Of a stretch of DNA of 52,828 nucleotides, positions 19,144 through 29,441 are shown in pieces (the first letter of the stretch is position 1; each line of letters starts with the position of its first letter). The DNA comes from Chitinophagaceae bacterium (GTDB taxonomy: Bacteria > Bacteroidota > Bacteroidia > Chitinophagales > Chitinophagaceae). The DNA is taken from NCBI GenBank assembly GCA_039932855.1, contig JBDTPD010000001.1, positions 1 to 52,828 of the forward strand, read 5' to 3'. The position numbers and the translations under genes are program-made. The notes beneath the pieces are model-generated. The model was not told the DNA's origin, ran no database searches, and saw only the letters and a list, made by a program, of their open reading frames with translations.

Positions 19144-20694
19144 CTAAGCTCGTCGCTTACTCTCCAGGTACTTACCATGTATTATTGCACCCATCGTCTT
19201 ATTGTACACCTTGCTTTCTACCCATGAGATAACATCGAGGTAGGCAAAGGCACGTGTCTCGAACCTGTTTTTTTCAAGGTGCTTGATCTTTTGGAGAAAG
19301 CTTTCCAATTCAGGTTTAAGTTGTCTTGGAGAAAGATTAAATGCCTTACGTAAAAACTGGAACATCGCTTCTTCTACTACCGTCAGGTTTTGCATCTTGG
19401 CCATGAAACGGTAAACAGATTTTGTCAATGACTCCATAATGCTATCATTACCCATCTCATAGTGCGACATCAGATGAAGCAGACGGGCATAACATTGCAG
19501 ATCATTACGCAGACCTTCGCCTTCGTAAATCACTTTTTGTAAATAATCGATCGCTGTATTATAATCCTGGTTGCCGAAATGAAGCATGGCGATCTTGTAA
19601 TTGATCACCATCTCACGATGACTATCAAGGAAAATAGAGTATTCTTTTAATCGTTGTTCAATTTCTGGCACCAGTAACAACCCTTCTTTAAATGTACCCA
19701 TCATGAAGTGCTGGTTGATCTTTGCGCTGGCGATATAGATAAACGCCTGTATCCGGAAGTTATCGTGATCCTGCACACGATCAGTGCGGGAAAATTCTTC
19801 AAATGTTTTTAAGGTCTTATCAAACTCCTTAAAGTTGCGCAGATCAAAATGCGCGTTCATCAACGTATGAAGTCCTTTGATGTAATGACCTGTTTCAACA
19901 CGGATCATTAATCGTTGCCCATGAAAAAGATCTACCCATTTCTGGGCATAGCGATAATACATGAGAAAATCCTGGCGTATGAAAGCGTACCAGCTAAAAC
20001 TCTGGTAGAGATAAAGCCTTTCATAAAAACCTTTTTGTTCCCATGCATCTTTGGGAAGGTTCATACGTAAAAACTCTTTGACACCGGCTTCATCTGCAAG
20101 ATTACGTGCATGACCGTGTTTGGTAAACCAGCTATACATTTTCAATGCAAGATTTGACAACCTCGCTACGATCTGGTTACGGTTTGATATCTCCATCGCT
20201 TCAATGGAGAGCTGTTCAACCCGGCTTTGCATGCTTCGGGTAATGTGAAGGCTCTCTATTCTTTTCTCCAACGAAATAACCTGGGTAAGGAAATTAAACT
20301 TCTGGTTGGCCCGTGCCGTTTCCTTTGTCTTCTCCAGGATCTTCAGGCTTTGCAGGAAGAGCCCTTTCTTATAAAGAATATGGGCGTAGTCAAACTGTTC
20401 ATGTAACTGAAGGTCGATGCTGTCAGCGCTTTTTAAAAGGCGGAGACTGGCCAGTATTTCGCGGTAAAGATGGGTTTTGAGATTGTAAAGCTGCCGCTTC
20501 TCAGTGCCAGGCAGTTTCTTTAGTAAGGATTTTTCTTCATATGTTTCCTGCTTGTCCAAAACATCGAAAAGACGGACGATTTTGAGGTCATCGTTAGCCG
20601 AACTGCGCTTGATATAGAGCTTGAAATGTCGTTTTTCAGCCTTTTCCAGAGATTTTATCAGCTGAAATAATATGTCGGAAGAACGGTTGGACAT
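19144..20694 (-). CDS. hypothetical all-helical (TPR-like) protein
   Basis: 516-aa long ORF with no competing frame. Its helical-repeat-like composition carries no catalytic motif. Confidence 0.5.
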   Translation of the reverse strand: MSNRSSDILFQLIKSLEKAEKRHFKLYIKRSSANDDLKIVRLFDVLDKQETYEEKSLLKKLPGTEKRQLYNLKTHLYREILASLRLLKSADSIDLQLHEQFDYAHILYKKGLFLQSLKILEKTKETARANQKFNFLTQVISLEKRIESLHITRSMQSRVEQLSIEAMEISNRNQIVARLSNLALKMYSWFTKHGHARNLADEAGVKEFLRMNLPKDAWEQKGFYERLYLYQSFSWYAFIRQDFLMYYRYAQKWVDLFHGQRLMIRVETGHYIKGLHTLMNAHFDLRNFKEFDKTLKTFEEFSRTDRVQDHDNFRIQAFIYIASAKINQHFMMGTFKEGLLLVPEIEQRLKEYSIFLDSHREMVINYKIAMLHFGNQDYNTAIDYLQKVIYEGEGLRNDLQCYARLLHLMSHYEMGNDSIMESLTKSVYRFMAKMQNLTVVEEAMFQFLRKAFNLSPRQLKPELESFLQKIKHLEKNRFETRAFAYLDVISWVESKVYNKTMGAIIHGKYLESKRRA

Positions 20695-20784
20695 CGTGCA
20701 GAAATTTTCATGGAATCGGCCACCAGTAAGGCTTTTGTTATTAAAACGACCTGTTTGACATGCCCAAAACGTCTTTAAGATGTT

Positions 20785-20815
20785 TTGAACAGTGTTATTT
20801 ACCAGGCTACATTTG
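20785..20815 (+). promoter_or_regulatory. candidate Bacteroidota sigma-A-type promoter (-33 TTG / -7 TAnnTTTG)
   Basis: 'TTG' at 20785-20787 and 'TACATTTG' at 20808-20815, separated by 20 nt. Confidence 0.3.
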
Positions 20816-20821
20816 TGCTGT

Positions 20822-21008
20822 ACTAGTTCATCAAATAGATCATACAGCAGGCAATCGTTAGGAGCAAGTCGTCAGAGGCCAAAGTTAGTGAAGTGATGTC
20901 TGCAAACAAATCCCACGGGATGGGATTCAACAACTACTTCGAAAATTTTTCATATGGCAAGCAATCGTTAGAGGTCAGTCCGTTTCTACGGAAGGACCTT
21001 TTTTTTTA
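20822..21008 (+). ncRNA. candidate small non-coding RNA (unclassified)
   Basis: It is bounded by the promoter-like site and a strong intrinsic terminator. It contains an internal 7-bp hairpin (aatccca/tgggatt) and a duplicated 12-nt motif 'gcaatcgttag' at 20851 and 20961. No convincing ORF is present. Confidence 0.3.
20970..21008 (+). terminator. Rho-independent terminator
   Basis: The stem is 'aggtc-ag-tccgt ttct acgga-ag-gacct', followed by a T9 run. Confidence 0.6.
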
Positions 21009-21264
21009 TTTAAGGTGCGCTAAGTTAACGCTTTAAATTAATTACAAATAAAAAAAACTTGCCTTTTTCCGTCCTGGTTGAAAAATTGAGCTCCACTAAA
21101 GGCTAAACCTGCAAACTCCCGAATAATCCCGCAAGCTCCTGCCAGTTTTTAATTCCAAAGACGCAATTACCATTAAACACCAGTTACCACCGTCATTAAA
21201 TTCGAGGCTTTGATTTCCTATTGATCTGTTGATCTTTGAACGACTGCAACTTTATTTCTTTTTT

Positions 21265-21343
21265 GACGCAGAGAGCCACAAAGAAGCTCAGAGATCCACA
21301 AAGACTCTGCGGCACTCTGAGTTTCTTTGTGGCTCTCTGCGTC
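21265..21343. repeat. REP-like hairpin, 'cagagagccacaaagaag' family (copy 2)
   Basis: 29-nt arms at 21265-21293 and 21315-21343 with 1 mismatch. The sequence is near-identical to copy 1. Confidence 0.85.
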
Positions 21344-21379
21344 AAAAAAACTATATACCCTTGCACACTATTACCCGTC

Positions 21380-22228
21380 ATGCAACACATCGAATTCTTC
21401 GACAGCGATCATTTTGAAAACAATTATTTCAGAACACCGCCACCGGCAGGGCTATCTCATTTGATTGATTTTTTCTGGGAAACAAAATTCGATTCATTAT
21501 GGAAAAAACATCCTAAAGGTTTTTCCGATGCACAGTTTCCCAATATCGGCTACACATATCTCATCAATTTGGGAACTCCTTTTGTGATGCAGGTAGCTGA
21601 TAAAAAGATCAGCATGAAAACAGATGGTTTTCTTCCCCGCTATAATCCCATTGAATGTTTTCATAAACCAGGCAATCATTTATTCGGAATTAAATTCCGC
21701 ATTTCTCCTGTGCTATTTAAAAAGAAAATCAATTTCTCTGAGTACCGCGAATATATCTACCCATTGAGTTACCTGCTGGAACAACCTATCATTGAACAAA
21801 CAAAAACAGCAAAGAGTTTTGATAACCGCACAGATCTTCTTTCAAATTATTTTTTATCTGAACTATCAAAATATGAAGATTCATTCCGCGCGGTAAATAT
21901 TGTAAGTACAATTATGAATGATTGCTTTCAGAAAAATATGTTTGACGTTTCTGTTGACAAGCTTTCCGCGAAATATAAAATATCATCGCGCACTCTTCAG
22001 CGTTATTTTGAAAACTGTACAGGTATCAGCAGTAAACAAGCTTTGCAGGTAATGCGTATACGAAAAGCGGTCTCGCATCTCGCCACTTCACCAACTGATT
22101 TTCATTATTCGCAATACGGCTATTATGACCACAGCCATTTTTATAAACATCTTAGACAATTCACGCAAAAGAATACGCTGAAAAAAATACAACCACATCT
22201 ACTGTTGTTAGAAAGCTTGCACAAGTAA
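21380..22228 (+). CDS. AraC-family transcriptional regulator
   Basis: It has a C-terminal AraC HTH ('SSRTLQRYFENCTGISSKQALQVMRIRKA…'). I moved the start to ATG 21380 (MQHIEFF) because the upstream part of the ORF reads through the REP hairpin. Confidence 0.8.
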   Translation: MQHIEFFDSDHFENNYFRTPPPAGLSHLIDFFWETKFDSLWKKHPKGFSDAQFPNIGYTYLINLGTPFVMQVADKKISMKTDGFLPRYNPIECFHKPGNHLFGIKFRISPVLFKKKINFSEYREYIYPLSYLLEQPIIEQTKTAKSFDNRTDLLSNYFLSELSKYEDSFRAVNIVSTIMNDCFQKNMFDVSVDKLSAKYKISSRTLQRYFENCTGISSKQALQVMRIRKAVSHLATSPTDFHYSQYGYYDHSHFYKHLRQFTQKNTLKKIQPHLLLLESLHK

Positions 22229-22586
22229 GTACGAAATACGAAGTACAAAGAAAAGTACGAAGTCAGAAATACGAAGTACGGGTGCCTGATAAAAGAATAA
22301 ACTTCAATAATCGGAGACCCGTACTTCGTATTTCTGACTTCGTACTTATTTAGTTTTACGCCGTTGTTGGTGTTCTAACGTCAGCATCTTGCTTTATAGT
22401 TTCTCCTCACCAACAACCGGTCTTAATTAAATTTCTACATTGTTTCGGAATAACCTTGAGTGCGTGTTGTTGGTGAAGAGCGTTATACTTGTAACGATCG
22501 CATTTCAGAACACCAACAACGGCGTAAGATTTTAGAAATGTCCATTCCTATAAGGTCGTACTTCGTATTTTGTATTTCGTACTTAC
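22229..22586. repeat. composite nested hairpin element, 'gtacgaagt/gaaatacgaagtac' family (copy 1)
   Basis: The outer arm 'agtacgaaatacgaagtac' pairs with 'gtacttcgtattttgtatttcgtact'. An inner hairpin is 'gtacgaagtcagaaatacgaagtacgggtg…cacccgtacttcgtatttctgacttcgtac'-like. A second inner hairpin is 'ttacgccgttgttggtgttc…gaacaccaacaacggcgtaa'. The element fills the full gap. Confidence 0.8.
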
Positions 22587-25043
22587 TTAGTTGCCTGCCC
22601 GCTGTCTTTCTTCCTCAGAAGCTGTAGTTCTTCTTCGCGCAGCTTGTACCTTATTATTTCCAAAGCGATAGCTGAAGCTGAGACTGGCTACACGCGTTTC
22701 TCTGATCGCGTGCCATTTTTCAATATAGTTATCGTAAGTGATCACCGCCCCGGGTAAGTTGGTCCAGAATATATCGGTGACATTAAAACGAAGTGTTCCT
22801 TTATTTTTCAAAACAAGTTTTTGTATACCGGTTCCTATACCCCATTGCGAATGGAGCACCATAAATCCTGCCTGGCCACCTGAGTTAAAGCTTCCATTGA
22901 GTTCAGCTGTCCATCCTTTTTTAAAATTGAATGTGTTATTGGTGCGCAGATCAGCTGCTGGCTTACCATTGTTCAACACTGTTGTTCCCAGCTGTCCATT
23001 AAAATGCTGGTAATAGATATCTGCATTATTGATCATGTTCCACCATTTGGTTACACGAACAGGCGCTGCAATGGTAAGCCCTATATAATCTGATGAACTC
23101 AGATTGATAGGAACCTGCACCGTTACGTTATCCTCAGAAGGGATGTTGGGGAATACATCTCTGAATTTTGCGACGGCTATATCCTGGTTATCTTTTGTAT
23201 GACTATAACCCAATGAAAAATTGAGACTCTTTACGGTATAACTTAATTCATACGACCAGGTGAGTTGTGGTAATAATCCAGGTTGACCCGTCGCATAAGT
23301 CGTAACATCGATCAGGAAAAGAAATGGATTCAATTGAGAATATCCCGGGCGATCGATGCGTCTGCTAACGGATATGCCTACTGTCTGATCTTCTTTGATT
23401 TTGTAATTGAAGAATGCGCTGGGAAATAATTGAAAATAACTGGAATCGAATCTGATATTTCCTTTCAGTTGTTCTGTTCTGATCTTTGTTTGTTCGCCCC
23501 GTAAACCTAATTGGAAATCAAATTTTGAAAACTGCTTACTGAAATTTATATAGCCCGCATTATTAGTTTCATGATAAATAAAATGATTGGTCTTGTTTAC
23601 ATCATCCTGTGGTGTGCCGCTACTGACATCAAAGAACTTTGCATCGTTGTCAGATGATACAAAACTGGTTTTAGCGCCGGCTTCTATTTTCGCATCTTTT
23701 CCTAATGGATTTACATAATCTACTTTGGCTGTTTTAAATGTCAGCTTGCCGGTCTGATCACCGTTCAAAACATAATCGGGTTGTAAAAAAGAACCGTCAA
23801 GCTTATAGTAGCTTGTTGCATTCAACGTTAATGAAGTAGAATTATAAACGCCATAATCTGCATCAGCGGTCAATTCGCGGCCAGTGCTGTCAAAGCTGTG
23901 TTTGAAATTGATATTAGCCACTACATTATTTCCATGATCATTATTGGTAGCATAAGAGCGGAAGCTGCTGACTTTTTCTCTTTGAGGATCCAGTACAGTG
24001 GACCGGTTGTTATTTTTCCTGGTATAATGATTAAAGTTTCCATTGACAACAAACCCGATAATAGTTTTTTTAGAAGGGAAAAAATCCATTCCTATTCTCG
24101 AAGTATTTGAATTGATCGGTGATTTGGAATAATTATCTTTTAAATCACCGCCATTATATACACCATTATCGAAAAAGTTTCTATCAAGGATGAGGTGATT
24201 CAACCCGATGCGATACGCATAATTATAGTTACCGAAAATATTCACCTTCTTATTACGATAGTTAAATGTAGCTCCGGCATTTGCTTTTGAGTAAACACCT
24301 TGTCCATAACCAGCAGTAGCCGTTCCATTTATCCCTAACCGCTGATCTTTTTTCATTCTTATATCAATGATGCCTGAATTACCAGCTGCATCATACTTAG
24401 CAGAAGGGTTGGTAATGATATCTATTCGTTCAATAGCAGCAGAAGGAAGTCCACGCAGGTAATTTGCCAGGTCTGCTCCGGTCATAGCAGTAGGCTTTCC
24501 ATCGATCATAATGATAACACCAGAACGTCCGCGTAAACTGATCACATCATTCTGATCGATGTTTACTCCGGGAGAACGTTCCAATACTTCCATTGCCGAA
24601 CTACCCGCATTGATAATACTATTCTCCACGTTCACTACGATACGATCCGTTAGTTTTTGAATAAATGGTTTGGTAGCAGTAACTGTCACAGCGCCCAGCG
24701 ATGTTGATCTGGGTTGAAGGATAATAGCTGGCAACTGAAGTGTCAGATTATCTGCCGATAGTTCAAATACGGCAGCGTATTGCGTAGTATGATTGACCAT
24801 ACTCAGCTTCGCAACATAAGAGCCAACAACGATATGTTCAAACTCTGCGATTCCCGATTTATCAGTAAGCGCCACCTTTACCAGTGAAGAATCTTTTGAT
24901 CGCAATAATTCAACCGTCACATTTTCCAGCGCTGCCTGTTGTGCATCGGTGACTTTTAGGCTGATAGTACCTCTTGAAGATTGTTGTGCAAATAATAAAG
25001 TGCTTAGCAGAATGCCAGAAAGCGTCAGGATCCATTTTCTCAT
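22587..25043 (-). CDS. TonB-dependent-receptor-like outer-membrane beta-barrel protein with CarboxypepD_reg N-domain
   Basis: 818 aa with a signal peptide, an N-terminal carboxypeptidase-regulatory-like fold, a plug-like region ('VISLRGRSGVIIMIDG') and a long beta-barrel ending in an aromatic residue region. Confidence 0.8.
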   Translation of the reverse strand: MRKWILTLSGILLSTLLFAQQSSRGTISLKVTDAQQAALENVTVELLRSKDSSLVKVALTDKSGIAEFEHIVVGSYVAKLSMVNHTTQYAAVFELSADNLTLQLPAIILQPRSTSLGAVTVTATKPFIQKLTDRIVVNVENSIINAGSSAMEVLERSPGVNIDQNDVISLRGRSGVIIMIDGKPTAMTGADLANYLRGLPSAAIERIDIITNPSAKYDAAGNSGIIDIRMKKDQRLGINGTATAGYGQGVYSKANAGATFNYRNKKVNIFGNYNYAYRIGLNHLILDRNFFDNGVYNGGDLKDNYSKSPINSNTSRIGMDFFPSKKTIIGFVVNGNFNHYTRKNNNRSTVLDPQREKVSSFRSYATNNDHGNNVVANINFKHSFDSTGRELTADADYGVYNSTSLTLNATSYYKLDGSFLQPDYVLNGDQTGKLTFKTAKVDYVNPLGKDAKIEAGAKTSFVSSDNDAKFFDVSSGTPQDDVNKTNHFIYHETNNAGYINFSKQFSKFDFQLGLRGEQTKIRTEQLKGNIRFDSSYFQLFPSAFFNYKIKEDQTVGISVSRRIDRPGYSQLNPFLFLIDVTTYATGQPGLLPQLTWSYELSYTVKSLNFSLGYSHTKDNQDIAVAKFRDVFPNIPSEDNVTVQVPINLSSSDYIGLTIAAPVRVTKWWNMINNADIYYQHFNGQLGTTVLNNGKPAADLRTNNTFNFKKGWTAELNGSFNSGGQAGFMVLHSQWGIGTGIQKLVLKNKGTLRFNVTDIFWTNLPGAVITYDNYIEKWHAIRETRVASLSFSYRFGNNKVQAARRRTTASEEERQRAGN

Positions 25044-25173
25044 AGCCGTTCTTTTCCCAAAAGTTTATAAAAAACGAAACCTTTCGCAGTCTTTATTTAT
25101 CAGCAGTAAATCGCGCCCTATAAGCGGGAAGCTACGAGGAAGAGCGTGTCGGATTTTTACATGGGGAAGTGAT

Positions 25174-25200
25174 TGTGGCTCTCTGCGTCAAAAAAACTAT
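25174..25200. repeat. solo half-site of the 'gtggctctctgcgtcaaaaaaactat' REP family
   Basis: 27 nt identical to the right end of copy 2 (21329-21355 region). No partner arm nearby. Confidence 0.7.
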
Positions 25201-25240
25201 TATGATACATTCAAGTATATTTCGGCAGGTCTTAAGCCTC

Positions 25241-26884
25241 TTACTTCAGCATCTCATCTCTACGCGCCTTGAACTCCGACCCAGCTTTCCACTCCGGCCA
25301 TTTAGTAGTAGCGTCGAGACGCTGGCCAACATGGAACAATAATTTCAGATCTTCGATAGCGCCATCGAGTATCCATGTTTTTGGGTCATACTGATCAGAT
25401 GGACGGTGATAATGATCTTTGGTAAATTCATCTTCTACCTGTTTACCATAACCTTTTTCTTTTCCTATTACATCAATACCACTACCGGTGTACAATGCAG
25501 GAATACCAACTTTTGCAAAATTAAAATGATCGGAACGATAATATGATCCTGCTTCAGGACGCGATTCAAATGCAATGGTTCTATTAACTTTCGCTGCTTC
25601 TTCCTTCAGGTAATCTTCTAATTCATTTTGTCCCTGGCCAACAACAATCAGGTCTGTTGTTTTACCGTACCAGTTCAATCCATCCATATTGATATTCGCC
25701 AATGTTTTGGCAGCAGGATAAATAGGGTTTTGTGCATAGTATGCCGAACCCCAAAGTCCTTGTTCTTCCGCCGTCACAGAAAGAAATATAATTGTTCTTG
25801 CAGGTTTTGTTTTCTTGAATGCTCTTGCTAATTCTAATAAACCAGCTGTAGCGCTTGCATTATCCAATGCACCATTGTAAATAGAATCACCAGTCTCATC
25901 GGGTTTACCAATTCCTAAATGATCCCAATGCGCTGTATAGATGATTGTCTCATCAGGATGTTCGCTCCCCGTGATCTTACCAATCACATTATGTGATTTA
26001 TCATAGGTAGTTTTTACCTGCATATTGATAGACAACTTTAATCCAAGCTGCTCACCTTTGAAACCACGTTTGTCTGCCGTAGCTAATAAAGAACTATCCT
26101 TACCGGCAGCAGCTAACAATCTATTGGCAGCAGGACCAGACACCCAACCGATCACATCGCATAATGTTTCCTGTTTACCACGATTATCCAATCGCAGACG
26201 CGAACCGTTCCAGTTATTTTGTACCACAGAGAAAGGATAGCTGGCTGCCTCTGTATTATGAACGATCAAACAACCTTTTGCACCTTGTCTCGCTGCTTCT
26301 TCAAATTTATAGGTCCAGCGGCCATAGTAGGTCATTGTCTTTCCTTTGAACAATGTACTATCTCCTGCATTGAAACCAGGATCGTTTACCAGCACTAATA
26401 CCACCTTTCCTTTTACATCTAACCCGGCATAGTCATTCCAGTTATATTCCGGTGCTACTACGCCATAGCCTGCAAATACAAGGTCAGTATTGTTTAATGA
26501 GATAGCACTATCTGTTTTATCGGTCCATATTACATAGTCATCAAATCCTTCGAGATTAAATTTCTCTTTCGGTGCAGTCACCTGCATTTGCGTAGCGGCC
26601 TGCGTAGTGATCTTTACCATCGGTACATCCTGGAAATAGCTATCTCCGTTACCAGGTTCAAGACCAACTGCTGTAAACTGGTCCTTTAAATAATTGATCG
26701 TTTTTGTTTCTCCTTCGGAAAATGGTTTACGACCCATAAATGCATCTGACGACAGCGTTGCAATATGCTGACCAAGACTATCCGCGCTGAATGCTGCATC
26801 AGCACTTTGTGCGTCGTTTTTATTTTCAGAACAGGAAGTAATAAGAATAGTTGCTGTAATCAGCAGGAGGGAGAGACGATACAT
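25241..26884 (-). CDS. M28-family metallo-aminopeptidase with PA domain, lipoprotein
   Basis: 547 aa with the lipobox 'ITSC' and the blocks 'HWDHLG', 'NGALDNASATA' and 'EEQGLWGS', typical of M28 zinc ligands. Confidence 0.85.
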   Translation of the reverse strand: MYRLSLLLITATILITSCSENKNDAQSADAAFSADSLGQHIATLSSDAFMGRKPFSEGETKTINYLKDQFTAVGLEPGNGDSYFQDVPMVKITTQAATQMQVTAPKEKFNLEGFDDYVIWTDKTDSAISLNNTDLVFAGYGVVAPEYNWNDYAGLDVKGKVVLVLVNDPGFNAGDSTLFKGKTMTYYGRWTYKFEEAARQGAKGCLIVHNTEAASYPFSVVQNNWNGSRLRLDNRGKQETLCDVIGWVSGPAANRLLAAAGKDSSLLATADKRGFKGEQLGLKLSINMQVKTTYDKSHNVIGKITGSEHPDETIIYTAHWDHLGIGKPDETGDSIYNGALDNASATAGLLELARAFKKTKPARTIIFLSVTAEEQGLWGSAYYAQNPIYPAAKTLANINMDGLNWYGKTTDLIVVGQGQNELEDYLKEEAAKVNRTIAFESRPEAGSYYRSDHFNFAKVGIPALYTGSGIDVIGKEKGYGKQVEDEFTKDHYHRPSDQYDPKTWILDGAIEDLKLLFHVGQRLDATTKWPEWKAGSEFKARRDEMLK

Positions 26885-26927
26885 GTGGGTGTTAATTTAG
26901 GGGAAGGTAGAAGAAAAAGTACGAAGT

Positions 26928-27083
26928 TAGAAATACGAAGTACAAAGAAAAGTACGAAGCCAGAAATAAGAAGTACGGATGTTTGAAGAAAGTACGAAGT
27001 TAGAAATACAAAGTACGGGTGTCTGATAAAAGAAGAAACCCTCAATCATCGGACACCCGTACTTTGTATTTCGTATTTCGTAC
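26928..27083. repeat. 'gtacgaagt/gaaatacgaagtac' family element (copy 2) with degenerate tandem units plus terminal hairpin
   Basis: There are three units of about 33 nt of 'agtacgaagttagaaatacgaagtacaaagaa'-like sequence. They are followed by the hairpin 'gtacgggtgtctgat…atcggacacccgtac'. Confidence 0.75.
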
Positions 27084-27962
27084 TTACTTCCCGGCATTCG
27101 GCTCAAGCAGTTTGAAGAACTGATCAAGCTGAGGAAGGATAACGATTCTTGTTCTGCGGTTGGCAGCTTTGCCTTCTGCAGTAGTATTATCAGCAACAGG
27201 TTTGTATTCAGCGCGACCGGCTGCTGCGATCTTAGCCGGATCCAATCCATATTGATTTTGTAAAATTCTTACAACAGCAGTTGCTCTTTTCACACTAAGA
27301 TCCCAGTTGTCGATCAACACTGCATTGTGGAAAGGAACATTATCTGTATGACCCTCTACCATGAATTCGATATCAGGTTGATTTTTCAATACAGCGGCTA
27401 CTTTTCCCAATACAACTTTTGCATCATTGGTTACTTCGTATTTACCACTCTTGAACAACAATTTATCAGAGATATCGATGTATACAACTCCTTTGTCCAC
27501 TTTGATATTGATATCATCATCATTCATACTGCCGACAGCGCCTTTGAGGTTCATCACCAGCGCCATGTTCAATGAATCTTTATGCGCCATTTGCTGTTGC
27601 AGCGTCTGGATATAAGAATCTTTAGCGCCTAGATTATCCATTGATTTCTTAATGCTTTCAGCTTGAGAAGAAGAGATGACTGAAAGATCCTGCAGTTGTC
27701 TTAATGCCTGTGTATTGTTTTGCTTTAAAAAATCAACTTGATTTTTCAGGTTAGCAATATCTGCATCCAATGCGGATTTTTGACGGTTCAATTCTGCTTT
27801 GTCGTTATTGCAATCATTCAGGCTACTTTGCGACGCCGTGTATTGACCTTGCAACACAACATAATCGGCCTGAGATTTTTTGAATTTCTTGGAACTGACA
27901 CAGGATGCCAGTATAAGAATAGACAAAAGTGGAAAGAGTGATTTTTTACTAATCATGGACAT
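27084..27962 (-). CDS. OmpA/MotB-family peptidoglycan-binding lipoprotein with coiled-coil N-region
   Basis: 292 aa with the lipobox 'LASC' and a C-terminal OmpA domain ('EGHTDNVP…NWDLSVKRA…NRRTRIVI'). Confidence 0.85.
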   Translation of the reverse strand: MSMISKKSLFPLLSILILASCVSSKKFKKSQADYVVLQGQYTASQSSLNDCNNDKAELNRQKSALDADIANLKNQVDFLKQNNTQALRQLQDLSVISSSQAESIKKSMDNLGAKDSYIQTLQQQMAHKDSLNMALVMNLKGAVGSMNDDDINIKVDKGVVYIDISDKLLFKSGKYEVTNDAKVVLGKVAAVLKNQPDIEFMVEGHTDNVPFHNAVLIDNWDLSVKRATAVVRILQNQYGLDPAKIAAAGRAEYKPVADNTTAEGKAANRRTRIVILPQLDQFFKLLEPNAGK

Positions 27963-28158
27963 ATGTTTTAAATGAAAAAAATTGTTTGGTGATACTGCAA
28001 TGTCCTTGCAGTAGGTTGGTGAGCCGCAAAGATATATACTCTCTTTTTTGTATTCCTTTGGGCTTTGTTAATTTGGTATATGACCAAAAACATGCCTGTT
28101 TATAAAAAATATCTGTAGCTGATAAAAAAACTTGCAATTTTGTCGCTATTAATATTTT

Positions 28159-29427
28159 ATGGCAACAAATAGACAGGCAGCAGTAGGTTTTATTTTCATT
28201 ACGCTTCTAATTGATATCATGGGATGGGGATTAATTATCCCTGTTATGCCCGATCTTATCGCACAGTTAAAACATATTAGTGTTAATGAAGCCAGTTCTT
28301 ATGGCGCCTGGTTATTGGCTGCTTACGCTATCACACAATTTTTTTGTGCGCCTATTGTCGGTAATCTAAGTGATCGTTATGGTCGCCGCCCTGTACTATT
28401 ATGTTCATTGCTTGGATTTGGTGTTGATTATTTATTTCTTGCTTTGGCACCTAACTATGGATTGTTATTTGTTGGTCGCATCATTGCTGGATTAACGGGC
28501 GCCAGTTTTACAACTGCATCCGCATACATCGCTGATGTGAGTACACCCGAAACACGTGCAAAGAATTTTGGACTGGTTGGCGCTGCTTTTGGTTTAGGAT
28601 TTATCATCGGTCCGGCATTGGGTGGCCTCTTAGCTGGCTGGGGCATACGCGCTCCTTTCTATGCAGCAGCAGGTCTCTGTCTTGTTAACTGTCTTTATGG
28701 ATATTTTGCATTGCCTGAATCATTAGCAAAAGAAAACAGGAGAGCTTTTAGTTGGAGACGGGCCAATCCGTTTGGATCATTGCAGTTATTAAAAAAATAT
28801 CCTGCTATCGGCGGATTAGCCGTTTGTTTCTTTCTGATCTATTTGGCGGCTCAAGCTGTGCAGGGTAATTGGAGCTTCTTTACGATTTATCGTTTTCACT
28901 GGAGTGAGAAAATGGTTGGTTTATCATTAGCTGTAGTCGGTTTGTTGGTAGGAGGTGTGCAGGCAGGTTTAACAAGGGTGATCAATCCGAAGATAGGCAA
29001 TGAGAAAAGTATTTACATTGGATTGTTATTATACTCTCTCGGTCTTGTATTATTTGCATTCGCCAACCATAGCTGGATGATGTTCGTGTTTTTAGTTCCT
29101 TATTGCTTAGGTGGTATCGCCGGACCTTCTTTACAATCTGTTTTGGCCGGGCATGTACCATCGAATGAACAAGGCGAATTGCAGGGAGCATTAACCAGCC
29201 TCATGAGCCTAACCACTATCATTGGTCCGCTGATCATGAATAACCTGTTTACATATTTCACCACTAATAAAGCGCCATTTTATTTTCCCGGTGTATCATT
29301 CTTATTAGGCGGTATTTTTATGTTGATCAGTACAGTTATTGCCTGGAACGTTTTCTCAAAAGAAAAGAAAGCAGGGGGTATAAAGGAAGTAACCAGCGCT
29401 GTTGAATTGGAGAGCGGCGCACATTGA
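28159..29427 (+). CDS. MFS transporter, TCR/Tet(A)-like drug:H+ antiporter family
   Basis: 422 aa with 12 TM segments and MFS motif A '[14 protein letters not shown]'. Confidence 0.85.
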   Translation: MATNRQAAVGFIFITLLIDIMGWGLIIPVMPDLIAQLKHISVNEASSYGAWLLAAYAITQFFCAPIVGNLSDRYGRRPVLLCSLLGFGVDYLFLALAPNYGLLFVGRIIAGLTGASFTTASAYIADVSTPETRAKNFGLVGAAFGLGFIIGPALGGLLAGWGIRAPFYAAAGLCLVNCLYGYFALPESLAKENRRAFSWRRANPFGSLQLLKKYPAIGGLAVCFFLIYLAAQAVQGNWSFFTIYRFHWSEKMVGLSLAVVGLLVGGVQAGLTRVINPKIGNEKSIYIGLLLYSLGLVLFAFANHSWMMFVFLVPYCLGGIAGPSLQSVLAGHVPSNEQGELQGALTSLMSLTTIIGPLIMNNLFTYFTTNKAPFYFPGVSFLLGGIFMLISTVIAWNVFSKEKKAGGIKEVTSAVELESGAH

Positions 29428-29441
29428 TCTGATTTTTTAGC

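Noticed and set aside
20800-21010. Identity of the candidate sRNA as tmRNA, 6S RNA, SRP RNA or RNase P RNA
   Set aside because: There is no tRNA-like acceptor/CCA end or tag ORF ending in ALAA-type residues. No long rod-like 5'/3' pairing with a central bubble is visible. The segment 'gtcagtccgtttctacggaagg' only superficially resembles the SRP domain IV 'GUCAGGUCCGGAAGGAAGC'. It is far too short for RNase P. I left it unclassified.
21236-21379. N-terminal 48 codons of the 330-aa ORF annotated as AraC
   Set aside because: This stretch is a translation of the REP hairpin (21265-21343); the same repeat gives similar pseudo-peptides on both strands (ORFs 21196..21390 and 21229..21417). The real start is most likely ATG 21380.
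26928-27083. Possible CRISPR array, given the regularly spaced 'gtacgaagt…' repeats
   Set aside because: The units are degenerate, directly abutting (no unique spacers) and only about 3 copies. They end in a hairpin shared with the 22229-22586 element, and no cas genes are present. This is a REP-like tandem repeat, not a CRISPR array.
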